Source: Candidatus Schekmanbacteria bacterium RIFCSPLOWO2_02_FULL_38_14
Lineage (GTDB): Bacteria; Schekmanbacteria; GWA2-38-11
NCBI GenBank assembly: GCA_001790855.1
Contig: MGDH01000016.1
Coordinates: 2,044-66,043, forward strand
Direction: 5' to 3'
DNA: 64,000 bases
The position numbers were made by a program, and so were the translations under genes. Below the pieces are notes generated by a model. That model was not told where the DNA came from. It saw nothing but the letters and a program-made list of their open reading frames with translations, and made no database searches. How positions within the stretch are numbered: the first letter of the stretch is position 1; the number at the start of each line of letters is the position of its first letter. Below are positions 10,040 through 19,574 of the stretch, piece after piece.

Positions 10040-10508
10040 CCAATTCCTTAATCAGAGCGACTTCATCACAGTGAGGAAATTTTATGCATTTCATACAGTC
10101 ATTCCAGATTTTCTGCGGCAGTTCTGATTTGTCAACTACAGTAAATCCTTTTTTCTTAAAAAACTCCGGTTCATAGGTTAAAGCGAAAACCTTTTTTATT
10201 TCAATTTTTCTTGCATCTGAAAGACATTTTTTTATAAGTTTTGAACCGATTCCCTTTCCAACAGCCTTTTTCTTAACAGCTAAAGAGCATATCTCTCCAA
10301 GATTACTCCAGAAAACTTTCAGGTTGCAGACACCAAGGATTTCATTCCCTTTCTCATACACTAAAAATCCCCTGATGCTTTCACATATTTCACTCAAAGA
10401 GCGGGGAATCATCTTCCCCTTTTTGGCATAAAAGTTGATTATTTCCTGTATTGTAGGAACATCGCTTATCCTTGCGCTCCTGATTTTCCCTTCAACCCTC
10501 TTTCCCAT
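10023..10508 (-). CDS. GNAT family N-acetyltransferase
   Basis: 161 aa. Acetyl-CoA-binding-type motif LAVKKKAVGKGIGSKLI and a C-terminal Cys cluster CMKCIKFPHC. Overlaps the downstream gene by 17 nt. Confidence 0.8.
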   Translation of the reverse strand: MGKRVEGKIRSARISDVPTIQEIINFYAKKGKMIPRSLSEICESIRGFLVYEKGNEILGVCNLKVFWSNLGEICSLAVKKKAVGKGIGSKLIKKCLSDARKIEIKKVFALTYEPEFFKKKGFTVVDKSELPQKIWNDCMKCIKFPHCDEVALIKELDENEN

Positions 10509-10670
10509 AATCTGTTTCCTTCAAATTTATTTAAAATGAAACTAATTTATGTATCAAGCCTTGTCAATTAAAAATAATTCTGTTGATTTGATTTCAATAA
10601 ATATGGTAACAATTTCAAAAAAGGTCGGCAAGCCTGCTTAATAAATGAAAAAATTGCAGGAATCGAATGA

Positions 10671-11144
10671 ATGAAAAATTCCAATAAGTCTGCAGAAGGC
10701 ATTAAAATTGTTTGCAGCAACAGAAAAGCATCACATGATTACCATATCATTGAAAAAATTGAAGCAGGCATAGTCTTAGCTGGAACAGAGGTAAAATCGC
10801 TGAGGGAAGGCAAGGCTAATCTGAAAGACAGCTATGCGCTGATAAAAGATGAAGAAATATACCTTTTGAACTGTCACATAAGCCCTTATTCTCCGGGGGC
10901 AAGGGAAAATCCTCCTCCAGCAAGGGCAAGGAAACTCCTTCTGCACAAAAAAGAGATACAGAGGCTGATAGGAAAAACCCGTGAAAAAGGATTCACTTTG
11001 GTTCCATTAAAGATTTATTTTAAAAAAGCACACGCCAAGGTTGAATTAGCGCTTGTAAAAGGGAAAAAGCTTTATGATAAAAGAAGGGCTTTAAAGGAAA
11101 AAGAATCAAAGCGTGAACTTGAAAGAGCAATGAAAAACAGATGA
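10671..11144 (+). CDS. smpB: SsrA-binding protein SmpB
   Basis: 157 aa. NRKASHDYHI..K(I)EAGIVL.GTEVKSLR and the basic C-terminal tail are typical of SmpB. Confidence 0.93.
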   Translation: MKNSNKSAEGIKIVCSNRKASHDYHIIEKIEAGIVLAGTEVKSLREGKANLKDSYALIKDEEIYLLNCHISPYSPGARENPPPARARKLLLHKKEIQRLIGKTREKGFTLVPLKIYFKKAHAKVELALVKGKKLYDKRRALKEKESKRELERAMKNR

Positions 11145-11926
11145 CAAAAAGTAAATATAAAATATATTTTTCTGTTTTATTCTTCCTGATTTTCTCAGAT
11201 TTGCTGTCTATTGAAGCGCTCTCAGTTCTAAAGGAGACTCAGGCAATCTCTCCTGCGGTTTCCAAAAAAAAGCTGGTAGCCATTGACCCGGGGCACGGAG
11301 GAAAAGACATTGGGTGTAAAAGCCCCAATGGTCTGACAGAAAAAGAAATTACCCTTAAGCTGGCTTTAATGGTTAAGGATATTCTTTCCAAAAACCCGGT
11401 TATGGATGTCTTCCTCGCAAGAAGCGAAGACATTGACCTGTCATCTGAAAAACGGGTATCTTTGGCAAACTCAAAAGGAGCTGATATTTTTTTAAGTCTC
11501 CACATAAACGCTTCATTTGATAAAAATCAAAAAGGAATTGAAATATACTATTACTCTGAGGATAATTTAGGTTTTTCCTATTCTCAATCTCAGACCCAGA
11601 GTTTAAACCCGGAAGCCAGTGATGAAGAAAATAAATCTCTGATTTTACCGTGGAACGAAGCGCAGAATATTTTTATACCAAAAAGTTTTGAAGCTGCATC
11701 CTTTCTTGAAGAAAGTTTTAAAAGTTCTCAGGAGATAGCATTCAGGTCAGTCAATCCCGCGCCGCTTCTTGTTCTGACAGGGACAGCAATGCCTGCTGTT
11801 CTCATAGAAGCTGGCTTCATCACTAACACTGAAGAAGAAACCGCTTTGTCAAGAGATGGATATCTAAAAGTTCTTGCTATAAAGATTGTAGAAGGAATAA
11901 CAAAATATTTTGAGGATAATGGGTAG
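11141..11926 (+). CDS. N-acetylmuramoyl-L-alanine amidase (Amidase_3 type)
   Basis: 261 aa. N-terminal hydrophobic signal, IDPGHGGKDIG and SLHINA motifs. 4-nt overlap with smpB. Confidence 0.85.
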   Translation: MTKSKYKIYFSVLFFLIFSDLLSIEALSVLKETQAISPAVSKKKLVAIDPGHGGKDIGCKSPNGLTEKEITLKLALMVKDILSKNPVMDVFLARSEDIDLSSEKRVSLANSKGADIFLSLHINASFDKNQKGIEIYYYSEDNLGFSYSQSQTQSLNPEASDEENKSLILPWNEAQNIFIPKSFEAASFLEESFKSSQEIAFRSVNPAPLLVLTGTAMPAVLIEAGFITNTEEETALSRDGYLKVLAIKIVEGITKYFEDNG

Positions 11927-11928
11927 AA

Positions 11929-12525
11929 ATGTCAAGCCCTGTAAAAAAATATAATTATCATTTGCGCAAGCTAACAGCCTTTACACTCTCAATCATTCTC
12001 TTTCTTTCATTATATCCGGGCTGTAGCAAAAAATCTTCAACAGAAAAAAAAACCCGTAGCGATGCAAATTCTGAAAATGAACCAAAAGAAAAAAAAGAAA
12101 TGGTAGTTAAAGTTTTTTTCCTTAACGGGTCAGAGCTTGCTTATGAAGAAAAGACAATATTTTTCAACAGCGGGAAACCCTCTGAAAAGATAAATGAGGC
12201 ATTAAATGCTCTTATTGAGGGTCCAAAACAAGGGATGACTCCGACTCTGTCAAACAAGATAAAGCTTCTGAATGCCTTTTTTGATGAAGACGGAACTGCT
12301 TATCTCAATTTCTCAAAGGATATTATAAAAAACAATCCCGGAGGAACTTTTGCAGAACTTTCAGCAATCAACTCCATAGTCCATACCCTTGTTGAAAATT
12401 TTGAGGAAATAACTGCTGTTCAGATTTTAATCAACGGAGAAGAAGTAAACACGCTATGGGGACACATAGATACCTCAAAGCCTTTTAAACTCAAAGAATT
12501 TTCTGAAGCATCTCTCAGGAAATAA
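11929..12525 (+). CDS. GerMN-domain lipoprotein
   Basis: 198 aa. Lipobox LYPGCS and GerM-like block ALNALIEGPKQG..PTLS. Sits directly after the amidase. Confidence 0.55.
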   Translation: MSSPVKKYNYHLRKLTAFTLSIILFLSLYPGCSKKSSTEKKTRSDANSENEPKEKKEMVVKVFFLNGSELAYEEKTIFFNSGKPSEKINEALNALIEGPKQGMTPTLSNKIKLLNAFFDEDGTAYLNFSKDIIKNNPGGTFAELSAINSIVHTLVENFEEITAVQILINGEEVNTLWGHIDTSKPFKLKEFSEASLRK

Positions 12526-12534
12526 TGAGGAAAA

Positions 12535-13344
12535 ATGAGCGCTAAGGATAGGAAAAAACCTATAGGAGTTTTTGACTCAGGAATTGGAGGGCTTACAGTC
12601 CTTAAACAGATAATGAGACTTTTGCCGAATGAAAATACTATTTATCTTGGGGACACAGCAAGAGTGCCTTATGGCACTAAGTCACAGGAAACAGTAAAAA
12701 AATATTCTTTTCAGAATATCCACTTCCTGCTTGAAAAAGGGGTAAAACTGCTGGTAATAGCCTGCAATACTGCCACTGCTTACAGTCTTGACACAGCCAG
12801 AGAAACTTTTAAAATTCCAATAATAGGAGTTATTGAGCCTGGCGCAATGGCAGCAGTAAGGGAAAGCAGTATTAAAAGAGTTGGTGTGATAGGAACACGA
12901 GGAACCATTGAAAGCTCTGTTTACAGAAAGGCAATCATGTCCCTTAACCCGGAATTTAGCGTGTTTGAAAAACCATGCCCCCTGTTTGTATCGCTTGCCG
13001 AGGAAGGACTAATCCATGACAATATAACTTTTATGATAGCTGACAAATATCTTGCATCTTTTAAAAGCAAAAGAATTGATACACTTGTGCTTGGGTGCAC
13101 CCACTATCCTTTGCTCAAAAACATAATTCAGAAATCAATGGGAAAATCTGTAAATCTCATAGACTCAAGCATTGAAACAGCAAAGGTGGTAAAAGATATT
13201 CTAAAGAAAAACACTCTGGAGAATAAAGTTGCAACCAAACCTTATCACCGATTCTTTGTAACTGACACTTCATCCCATTTTTTAAAAACTGCAAAGCTCT
13301 TCCTCGGAAAAGAAATAGAGCATTTTGTTCAGGTAGATTTGTAG
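12535..13344 (+). CDS. murI: Glutamate racemase
   Basis: 269 aa. FDSGIGGLTV, IACNTATA and LGCTHYP catalytic-Cys motifs. Confidence 0.92.
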   Translation: MSAKDRKKPIGVFDSGIGGLTVLKQIMRLLPNENTIYLGDTARVPYGTKSQETVKKYSFQNIHFLLEKGVKLLVIACNTATAYSLDTARETFKIPIIGVIEPGAMAAVRESSIKRVGVIGTRGTIESSVYRKAIMSLNPEFSVFEKPCPLFVSLAEEGLIHDNITFMIADKYLASFKSKRIDTLVLGCTHYPLLKNIIQKSMGKSVNLIDSSIETAKVVKDILKKNTLENKVATKPYHRFFVTDTSSHFLKTAKLFLGKEIEHFVQVDL

Positions 13345-13403
13345 AGAGTGGAGAAAAAATGTAACAAGGGTGGGGGCAAGACAATGCCTGTCTAAAAGTA
13401 GGG

Positions 13404-13437
13404 GCAGACACCTGCCTGCCGGCAGGCAGGTGTCTGC
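13404..13437. repeat. GC-rich perfect 34-nt palindrome (REP-like), copy 2 of the CCTGCCTGCCGGCAGGCAGG core
   Basis: GCAGACACCTGCCTGCC|GGCAGGCAGGTGTCTGC. Same 20-nt core as 7459-7478, but a different and still complementary outer stem. Lies in the murI-rph spacer. Confidence 0.85.
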
Positions 13438-13458
13438 TCAGAGAAAGAGGAGACAATC

Positions 13459-14175
13459 GTGAGACACGATGGACGCAAATATGACGAGATGAGAAAGGTA
13501 GAAATCAAAAGAAGGTTTTTAAAGAATCCTTCAGGCTCTGTGCTTATTTCCCTCGGAGAAACAAAAGTCCTCTGCACAGCAACAGTTGAAGAAAAAGTGC
13601 CGCAGTTTCTGGAAAATACAGGTACAGGATGGATAACAGCAGAGTATTCCCTTCTCCCGGGTTCAACACACACAAGGACAAGGCGTGAGGCTTCTGCAGG
13701 CAAAATCAGCGGAAGAACTCATGAGATACAGAGGCTGATTGGAAGGTCACTCCGTTCAATTGCAGACCTATCGCTCCTTGGAGAAAGGACAATATGGATT
13801 GACTGCGATGTGCTGCAGGCAGATGGCGGAACAAGGACAGCCTCAATAACAGGTGCCTATGTAGCGCTTGCTGATGCAATAGAGACATTGCTTTTAAAAA
13901 AAGCAATAAGCAGAAATCCTATAAAAGACCAGGTTGCCGGAATAAGTGTTGGTATAGTAAAAGGCAAAAAATGTCTGGATTTAAATTACAAGGAAGATTC
14001 AAATGCAGATGTTGACATGAATGTAATAATGACTCGGAGCGGAAAACTTGTTGAAGTTCAAGCAACCGCTGAAAAAAATGCTTTTTCCAAAAATGACCTT
14101 GATGACCTTTTGTCTTTAGCACGCAAGGGAATTTTTAATCTCTTTGATGCTCAGAAAAAAGCATTGAGTAAATAG
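13459..14175 (+). CDS. rph: Ribonuclease PH
   Basis: 238 aa. GTG start preceded by GAGGAG. Motifs R.DGR...E.R.V and [13 protein letters not shown]. Confidence 0.93.
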   Translation: MRHDGRKYDEMRKVEIKRRFLKNPSGSVLISLGETKVLCTATVEEKVPQFLENTGTGWITAEYSLLPGSTHTRTRREASAGKISGRTHEIQRLIGRSLRSIADLSLLGERTIWIDCDVLQADGGTRTASITGAYVALADAIETLLLKKAISRNPIKDQVAGISVGIVKGKKCLDLNYKEDSNADVDMNVIMTRSGKLVEVQATAEKNAFSKNDLDDLLSLARKGIFNLFDAQKKALSK

Positions 14176-14260
14176 TTGATAAAGTTTCAAAAATGGTTCA
14201 GAGTTTTATAAATTATCTAAAAACTCCTTAACTCATAACTCTGTAACTACCTAAAAACTT

Positions 14261-14289
14261 CTTGACAATAATTCTGTTTCAACTGAATA
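14261..14289 (+). promoter_or_regulatory. Candidate promoter of leuS (TTGACA-17 nt-GAATAT)
   Basis: TTGACA at 14261-14266, 17-nt spacer, GAATAT at 14284-14289. The -10 ends only 10 nt before the leuS ATG (14300), and no SD is visible. Confidence 0.3.
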
Positions 14290-14299
14290 TTTTCAGGCT

Positions 14300-16789
14300 A
14301 TGAAATACGAACCAAAAAGCATAGAAGATAAATGGCAGAAAATTTGGGAAGAGGAAAAACTCTTTGCGGCAAAACCTGATAAAACCAGAAAAAAATATTA
14401 TGTCCTTGAAATGTTCCCCTACCCTTCGGGGAAAATCCACATGGGGCATGTGAGAAACTACGTAATTGGTGATGTGGTTGCAAGGTACAAGTGGAAAAAG
14501 GGGTACAATGTCCTCCATCCCATGGGATGGGATTCCTTCGGACTTCCTGCAGAAAATGCAGCAATAAAACATAAGATTCATCCGGCAAAATGGACTGAAG
14601 AAAATATAAGTTACATGAGAAAACAGCTCAAAAGCCTTGGATTGAGCTATGACTGGGACAGAGAGATTTCAACATGCAGAGAAGATTACTATAAATGGTG
14701 TCAGTGGTTTTTCCTTAAGTTTTATGAGAGAGGGCTTGCATACCAGAAGGAATCTCTGGTGAACTGGTGTGATTCCTGCACAACCGTGCTTGCAAATGAG
14801 CAGGTAGAAGACGGAAAATGCTGGAGATGTGAAACCGAAGTGACCCAGAAGGAAATGAAACAGTGGTTCTTCAAAATTACCCACTACGCTGAAGAACTTC
14901 TTTCAGAACTTGATAACCTTAAAGGCTGGCCTGAAAGAGTCCTCATTATGCAGAAAAACTGGATAGGGAAAAGCTATGGCGCTGAAATAATATTCCCTGT
15001 TGCTGATTCAAACCTTTCAGTCACAGTTTTCACTACAAGGCAGGACACAGTCTTTGGCGCCACATTTATGAGCATTGCGCCTGAAAACCCGGTTGTGAAA
15101 GAGCTTGTCAAAGGAACAGAGTATGAAAAACCTGTCAGCGATTTCATAGAGCAGGTTAAAAAACAGAGCAAAATCACAAGAACTGATATAACAAAAGAAA
15201 AAGAAGGAATTTTTACAGGAAGGTACTGCATAAATCCCTTGACCGGCTGGAAGATGCCAATATTTGTGGCAAATTTTGTGTTAATGGATTACGGAACTGG
15301 CGCAGTTATGGCTGTTCCTGCCCACGACCAGAGGGATTTTGATTTTGCAAAAAAATATAACCTTCCAATTAAAGTCGTTATCCAGCCCCCTGACAAGAGG
15401 CTTGATTCAGACACTTTGGAAGAAGCCTATACTGAGGAAGGTATTCTGGCAGATTCCGGAAAATTTTCAGGAATGAAAAATACTGAAGCAATGGGTTTGC
15501 TTATAGAATATTTTGAGAAAAAAGGTGTAGGGGAAAAAAGAGTGAACTACAGGCTCAAGGACTGGGGAATCTCTAGGCAGAGATATTGGGGAGCCCCGAT
15601 TCCAATAATCTATTGCAACTCATGCGGAACTGTCCCTGTTGCGGAAAAAGATCTGCCAGTGCTTCTTCCAATGGACCTGAACTTCGATATCATTGGAGAT
15701 TCACCTCTTAAAAAAAGCAATGAGTTTCTGAACACAACCTGCCCAAGATGCAGGGGTATAGCAAAACGGGAAACAGATACAATGGATACATTTGTTGATT
15801 CATCCTGGTATTTTTCAAGATATTGTACTCCTGACAGTGAAAGCCTGCCGCTTGAAAAACAGGATTTGAATTACTGGATGCCTGTTGACCAGTACATAGG
15901 CGGCATTGAGCACGCAGTACTCCATCTTCTCTATGCAAGATTTTTCACCAAAGTTACAAGAGACTTAGGGTTTTTAGATAAAGGCGAACCCTTCATAAAT
16001 CTTTTGACTCAGGGAATGGTCATAAAAGATGGGGCAAAGATGTCAAAATCAAAGGGGAATGTTGTTGACCCTGATGACCTTATAAAAAAATACGGTTCTG
16101 ATACAGTAAGGCTCTTTTGCCTCTTTGCTTCCCCTCCTGAAAAGGACCTTGACTGGAGCGATGAGGGAGTTGACGGGGCTTTCAGGTTTTTGAACAGGGT
16201 ATGGAGACTGGTTGAGCAGGAAGGGAAAAGCTTGCCTCTGTCTGAAAAAAAAATTCTGCCGGAAACAGACAAACTCTCTGATAGCGCCAAGCATATCCTG
16301 AAGAAATGCCATAAAACCATAAAAAAAGTATCTGTTGACATTGAAGACAGGTTCCACTTCAATACTGCAATTGCGGCAATAATGGAACTTGTTAACTCAA
16401 TCTATCTGATAGATGAGAAAGAGCTTGCAGGGAATGATGGACTGAAAAATTCATATATTTTTGCCATTGAAACTGTGCTCTTGCTTCTTTCTCCGTTTGC
16501 GCCCCATATCTGCGAAGAGCTTTGGCAAAGGCTTGGAAAATCAGGAAGTGTATTTGAACAACCATGGCTCTGTTATGATGAAAAAATGCTGACAGAAGAA
16601 AATGTAACCATCGTAATACAGATTAATGGAAAGGTGCGTGGGAAAATAACAGTTTCTGTTTCAGCTTCTGAAGAAGAAATAAAAGAGGCTGCAGTTAATA
16701 ATGAAAAAATTAAGGAATTTCTCAAAAACAAGAAAGTTGTAAAATCGATTCTGGTTCCAAAAAAGCTGATAAACATTGTAGTTGAATGA
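14300..16789 (+). CDS. leuS: Leucine--tRNA ligase
   Basis: 829 aa. HIGH-type motif [20 protein letters not shown] motif ([10 protein letters not shown]), and a CP1 editing-domain-sized insert. Confidence 0.97.
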   Translation: MKYEPKSIEDKWQKIWEEEKLFAAKPDKTRKKYYVLEMFPYPSGKIHMGHVRNYVIGDVVARYKWKKGYNVLHPMGWDSFGLPAENAAIKHKIHPAKWTEENISYMRKQLKSLGLSYDWDREISTCREDYYKWCQWFFLKFYERGLAYQKESLVNWCDSCTTVLANEQVEDGKCWRCETEVTQKEMKQWFFKITHYAEELLSELDNLKGWPERVLIMQKNWIGKSYGAEIIFPVADSNLSVTVFTTRQDTVFGATFMSIAPENPVVKELVKGTEYEKPVSDFIEQVKKQSKITRTDITKEKEGIFTGRYCINPLTGWKMPIFVANFVLMDYGTGAVMAVPAHDQRDFDFAKKYNLPIKVVIQPPDKRLDSDTLEEAYTEEGILADSGKFSGMKNTEAMGLLIEYFEKKGVGEKRVNYRLKDWGISRQRYWGAPIPIIYCNSCGTVPVAEKDLPVLLPMDLNFDIIGDSPLKKSNEFLNTTCPRCRGIAKRETDTMDTFVDSSWYFSRYCTPDSESLPLEKQDLNYWMPVDQYIGGIEHAVLHLLYARFFTKVTRDLGFLDKGEPFINLLTQGMVIKDGAKMSKSKGNVVDPDDLIKKYGSDTVRLFCLFASPPEKDLDWSDEGVDGAFRFLNRVWRLVEQEGKSLPLSEKKILPETDKLSDSAKHILKKCHKTIKKVSVDIEDRFHFNTAIAAIMELVNSIYLIDEKELAGNDGLKNSYIFAIETVLLLLSPFAPHICEELWQRLGKSGSVFEQPWLCYDEKMLTEENVTIVIQINGKVRGKITVSVSASEEEIKEAAVNNEKIKEFLKNKKVVKSILVPKKLINIVVE

Positions 16790-16818
16790 TATAGAAGACT
16801 TAGGGTATAAGGTATTGA

Positions 16819-16924
16819 GTCATTGCAAGCAGCATAAGCAACAAAACAATCTTCCTTTTCTCCCCCTTTAGAAAAGGGGGAATAGAGGGGAATTTGAGAT
16901 TGCTTCGCTATCGCTCGCAATGAC
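16819..16924. repeat. Composite intergenic palindromic element (12-nt terminal inverted repeats enclosing a C5/G5 hairpin)
   Basis: GTCATTGCAAGC (16819-16830) against GCTCGCAATGAC (16913-16924) matches 11/12 as an inverted repeat. Inner hairpin CCCCCTTT-aga-AAAGGGGG at 16862-16880. It generates the spurious minus-strand ORF 16573..16926. Confidence 0.6.
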
Positions 16925-16947
16925 AAATCTGGAGAAACATTTTTAAG

Positions 16948-17463
16948 ATGCGAGCAATAATAATTTCTATAAGTATTCTTTCCTTATTTCTTTTTTCTTC
17001 CTGTTATTATCTGGTTGGTTCTGGCAGTTCAGAGGCAGGTAAGGAAATAGAAAGCCTTGCAATACCTGTTTTGAAAAATAAGACAGACGTTCCGGGAATT
17101 GAGATAACAATAACAGATGCAATGATAAAGGAATTCACAGCCTTTTCACCTAAAATGATTACTGATACTGAACACGCAAAAGCAATAATACATGGTAATG
17201 TTGTCTTTTATAATCTTGAAACAGTAACTGCTGATACAAGGGACAAAGTGTTTGAATACAGGCTAAGGATAAAGCTTGAAATAACCTTAAAGGATATTGA
17301 TGAAAGCAATATCCTCTATCAGAACAAAGATTTTGAATGGTTCATTGACTTTAAAGTACCAAGAGATTCAATCTCAAGAAAAAGAGAGGAAGAGTACGCC
17401 TGTGCAAGGCTTGCACAAAAACTTTCCAAAAAACTTGTAGGCGAGATTTTTGAAGGATTTTAG
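16948..17463 (+). CDS. lptE: LptE-like LPS-assembly lipoprotein
   Basis: 171 aa. Signal peptide plus lipobox LFSSC. Position immediately after leuS, as in the classical leuS-lptE arrangement. No strong sequence motif, so the call rests on synteny and size. Confidence 0.55.
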   Translation: MRAIIISISILSLFLFSSCYYLVGSGSSEAGKEIESLAIPVLKNKTDVPGIEITITDAMIKEFTAFSPKMITDTEHAKAIIHGNVVFYNLETVTADTRDKVFEYRLRIKLEITLKDIDESNILYQNKDFEWFIDFKVPRDSISRKREEEYACARLAQKLSKKLVGEIFEGF

Positions 17464-17511
17464 AATTAAATCCTTAAATCTTACGGACTTGCAAGCTTTC
17501 CGCCTAAAGCA

Positions 17512-17805
17512 TCAGCTTTTGACAGCAGCTTCTTTTTGTCTATTCAGCAGAGCATTAATCCTTCTTGTAATCCTTGAAATCTTTCTTGATGCAGTGTTCT
17601 TATGAAAAACCCTTTTTGCTGCTGCTTTATCAATAACCGGTATTGCCTTTTTCAGCAAGGCTTTTGCATTTTCTGAATCATTTGCTTCAACCGCAGACAG
17701 AATCTTTTTTACTGCAGTTTTTACACCGGATTTTACCATCCTGTTTCTTGTATTTCTTCTTATGCCCTGTCTGATTCTTTTTTCTGCTGACTTTGTATTT
17801 GCCAA
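17512..17805 (-). CDS. rpsT: 30S ribosomal protein S20
   Basis: 97 aa, highly basic. MANTKSAEKRIRQ N-terminus is typical of S20. Confidence 0.93.
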   Translation of the reverse strand: MANTKSAEKRIRQGIRRNTRNRMVKSGVKTAVKKILSAVEANDSENAKALLKKAIPVIDKAAAKRVFHKNTASRKISRITRRINALLNRQKEAAVKS

Positions 17806-17861
17806 ATTCCCGTCTCCTTAAAGATTAAAAAATTTTGAGCATTTTCAATTACCACAAGGAT

Positions 17862-18908
17862 TTATCTGCTGTCAAGAGAATTAACCTCTTTTTCAGCTTT
17901 TTTCATAAGCTCTCTCTTTCCCCTGAACTCCCTGACTGCCATAAGATGCTCAGTATAACTCTTTGAAAATTTGTGATACCCTTCATTTGTGGAAACAAAA
18001 TAAAGGTAATTTTCTCTGGCAGGATACATGGCTGCAAGGATTGCTTCCTTTCCCGGGTTTGCAATTGGACCCGGAGGCAACCCTCTGTATTTGTATGTAT
18101 TATACGGTGAATCAATCTGTAACGAACTGTTTTTAAGAACTCCGTCAAAGCTGTCTTCAATCACATAAATAATTGTGGGGTCGCATTGGAGAGGCATATT
18201 TTTTCTTAACCTGTTGTGCAGCACAGCAGAAACAAGCCCTTTTTCTTCCGCAGATTTTGCCTCTTTTTCAACGATTGAAGCAAGAATTACAACTTCATGT
18301 ATGCTTAATTTCATCTCATCAGTTTTCCTTTTGAAAGCGTCAGTAAAAACCTCATGAAAACGGCTTACCATTTTTGTAAGAATAAACCCCTCGCCACTTC
18401 CTTTGGTAAACTCATATGTATCAGGGAAAAGATACCCCTCAAGAGATAATGCGCCTATACCAAGTGATTTTATGAATTCCCTGTCATGGGCAAGTTTTAA
18501 AAATTTTTTCTTGTCAATAAGCTGCTCTTTAAGGAGAAGTTTCGCAATCTGGTTTAAGGTAAATCCCTCAGGAATAGTAACATAATGCTTCCTGTATGCC
18601 CCTTTCTCAAGGGTCTGATAAATCTCAAGCGGCGCCATAGTAGCTCTGAGTTCATATTCTCCTGCCTTAATCACAGGAGATTTGCTGTTAATCCTGCACA
18701 TCAGGGTAAAAAACATTGGGTGTGAAATGATTTCCTCTTTTACAAGAATATAGGCTGCCTCCTTTATTCCCGTGCCTTTGGGAATCTCAATTACCTTTGT
18801 TCTCTGGTCATTGTTAAGAGGAGTATAAGGATAATCCCACAACACTCTGACAAAAGTAAAAACCGCAAGTATAAGAAAGACTAAAACAAGTGCTATATAT
18901 TTTCCCAA
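17862..18908 (-). CDS. mltG: Endolytic murein transglycosylase MltG (YceG family)
   Basis: 348 aa. N-terminal TM helix and motifs LASIVEKEA, CDPTIIY, SPYNTYKYRGLPPGPIANPG. Confidence 0.9.
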   Translation of the reverse strand: MGKYIALVLVFLILAVFTFVRVLWDYPYTPLNNDQRTKVIEIPKGTGIKEAAYILVKEEIISHPMFFTLMCRINSKSPVIKAGEYELRATMAPLEIYQTLEKGAYRKHYVTIPEGFTLNQIAKLLLKEQLIDKKKFLKLAHDREFIKSLGIGALSLEGYLFPDTYEFTKGSGEGFILTKMVSRFHEVFTDAFKRKTDEMKLSIHEVVILASIVEKEAKSAEEKGLVSAVLHNRLRKNMPLQCDPTIIYVIEDSFDGVLKNSSLQIDSPYNTYKYRGLPPGPIANPGKEAILAAMYPARENYLYFVSTNEGYHKFSKSYTEHLMAVREFRGKRELMKKAEKEVNSLDSR

Positions 18909-18992
18909 AACCAGGGCTCTCCTTTAAAAGAATTACATAGATTAAAGACAGATTACACAGATTATCTTATCTATTTAGTTATAAGTTATAAG

Positions 18993-19433
18993 TCACAGGT
19001 TATAAGTTTTTTTTGAATCCAGATATCCCTGAAGTATCAAAACTGCTGAAAGCCTGTCTCTCATTTGCTTTCTTTTTTCCCTTCTTATCCCTTTTTCAAT
19101 AAGAACTCTTTCAGCCTCTTTTGATGTAAACCTTTCATCCCATGGGTTCATTTGAATATCTATAGATTTTTTAAGGTGCTCTATGAATTTTAATGTTTTT
19201 TCTCCCTGCTCTCCTATCCCGCCGTAAAGGTTCTTAGGAATCCCGTAAACAATCTCCTTTACTTCATGCTTATCTATGAGTTCTTTTAACTTTCTTGAAT
19301 CCTCTTCTATCCTTGTCCTCTTTATGGTTTCAAGCCCTGAGGCAATAATTCCTGATTCATCACTTAAAGCCACACCTATAAACCTGTCCCCAATATCAAG
19401 TCCAAGAATTCTCATGTTTTCAAGAATTAGCAA
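18993..19433 (-). CDS. ruvX: Holliday-junction-resolvase-like nuclease RuvX (YqgF)
   Basis: 146 aa. ILGLDIGDRFIGVALSD N-terminus and DERFTS motif. Confidence 0.9.
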   Translation of the reverse strand: MLILENMRILGLDIGDRFIGVALSDESGIIASGLETIKRTRIEEDSRKLKELIDKHEVKEIVYGIPKNLYGGIGEQGEKTLKFIEHLKKSIDIQMNPWDERFTSKEAERVLIEKGIRREKRKQMRDRLSAVLILQGYLDSKKTYNL

Positions 19434-19462
19434 AGAAACCCAAATTTATCAAGGAATTTGAA

Positions 19463-19491
19463 TTGACAAACCCCCTCTCAGCTTCTAATAT
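19463..19491 (+). promoter_or_regulatory. Candidate promoter of the MNT/HEPN operon (TTGACA-17 nt-TAATAT)
   Basis: TTGACA at 19463-19468, 17-nt spacer, TAATAT at 19486-19491. Confidence 0.45.
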
Positions 19492-19543
19492 AAAATTCTA
19501 AGCTTGGTGAAAAACTATGCTTGAAATTAGCAAAACCTGTAGA

Positions 19544-19563
19544 AATAGACCTTTAGGTCTATT
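19544..19563. promoter_or_regulatory. Perfect 9+9 palindrome AATAGACCT-tt-AGGTCTATT, candidate TA operator
   Basis: Lies between the candidate promoter and the mntA ATG (19575). Toxin-antitoxin operons are typically autoregulated through such palindromes. Confidence 0.35.
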
Positions 19564-19574
19564 ATTAAAACTAT

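Noticed and set aside
10509-10670. Looked for tmRNA (ssrA) next to smpB, and also in the 3110-3664 spacer.
   Set aside because: The spacer is only 162 nt. Neither region shows a tRNA-like GGGG...acceptor/TpsiC end or a tag reading frame ending in an ..ALAA-type peptide.
13157-13703. Minus-strand ORFs 13157..13456 and 13392..13703 spanning the murI-rph spacer.
   Set aside because: They are created by the GC-rich palindrome (the LPAGRQ / PACRQAG reading) and otherwise run antisense to murI and rph.
16573-16926. 117-aa minus-strand ORF (MSLRAIAKQSQIPLYSPFSKGGEKED...) overlapping the leuS 3' end.
   Set aside because: Its N-terminus is simply the translation of the palindromic repeat at 16819-16924, and the remainder is antisense to leuS.
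17464-17511. Terminator hairpin between the convergent lptE and rpsT genes.
   Set aside because: CGGA...TCCG with an inner loop-less CTTGCAAG palindrome gives no stable stem-loop with a loop, and there is no U-tract.
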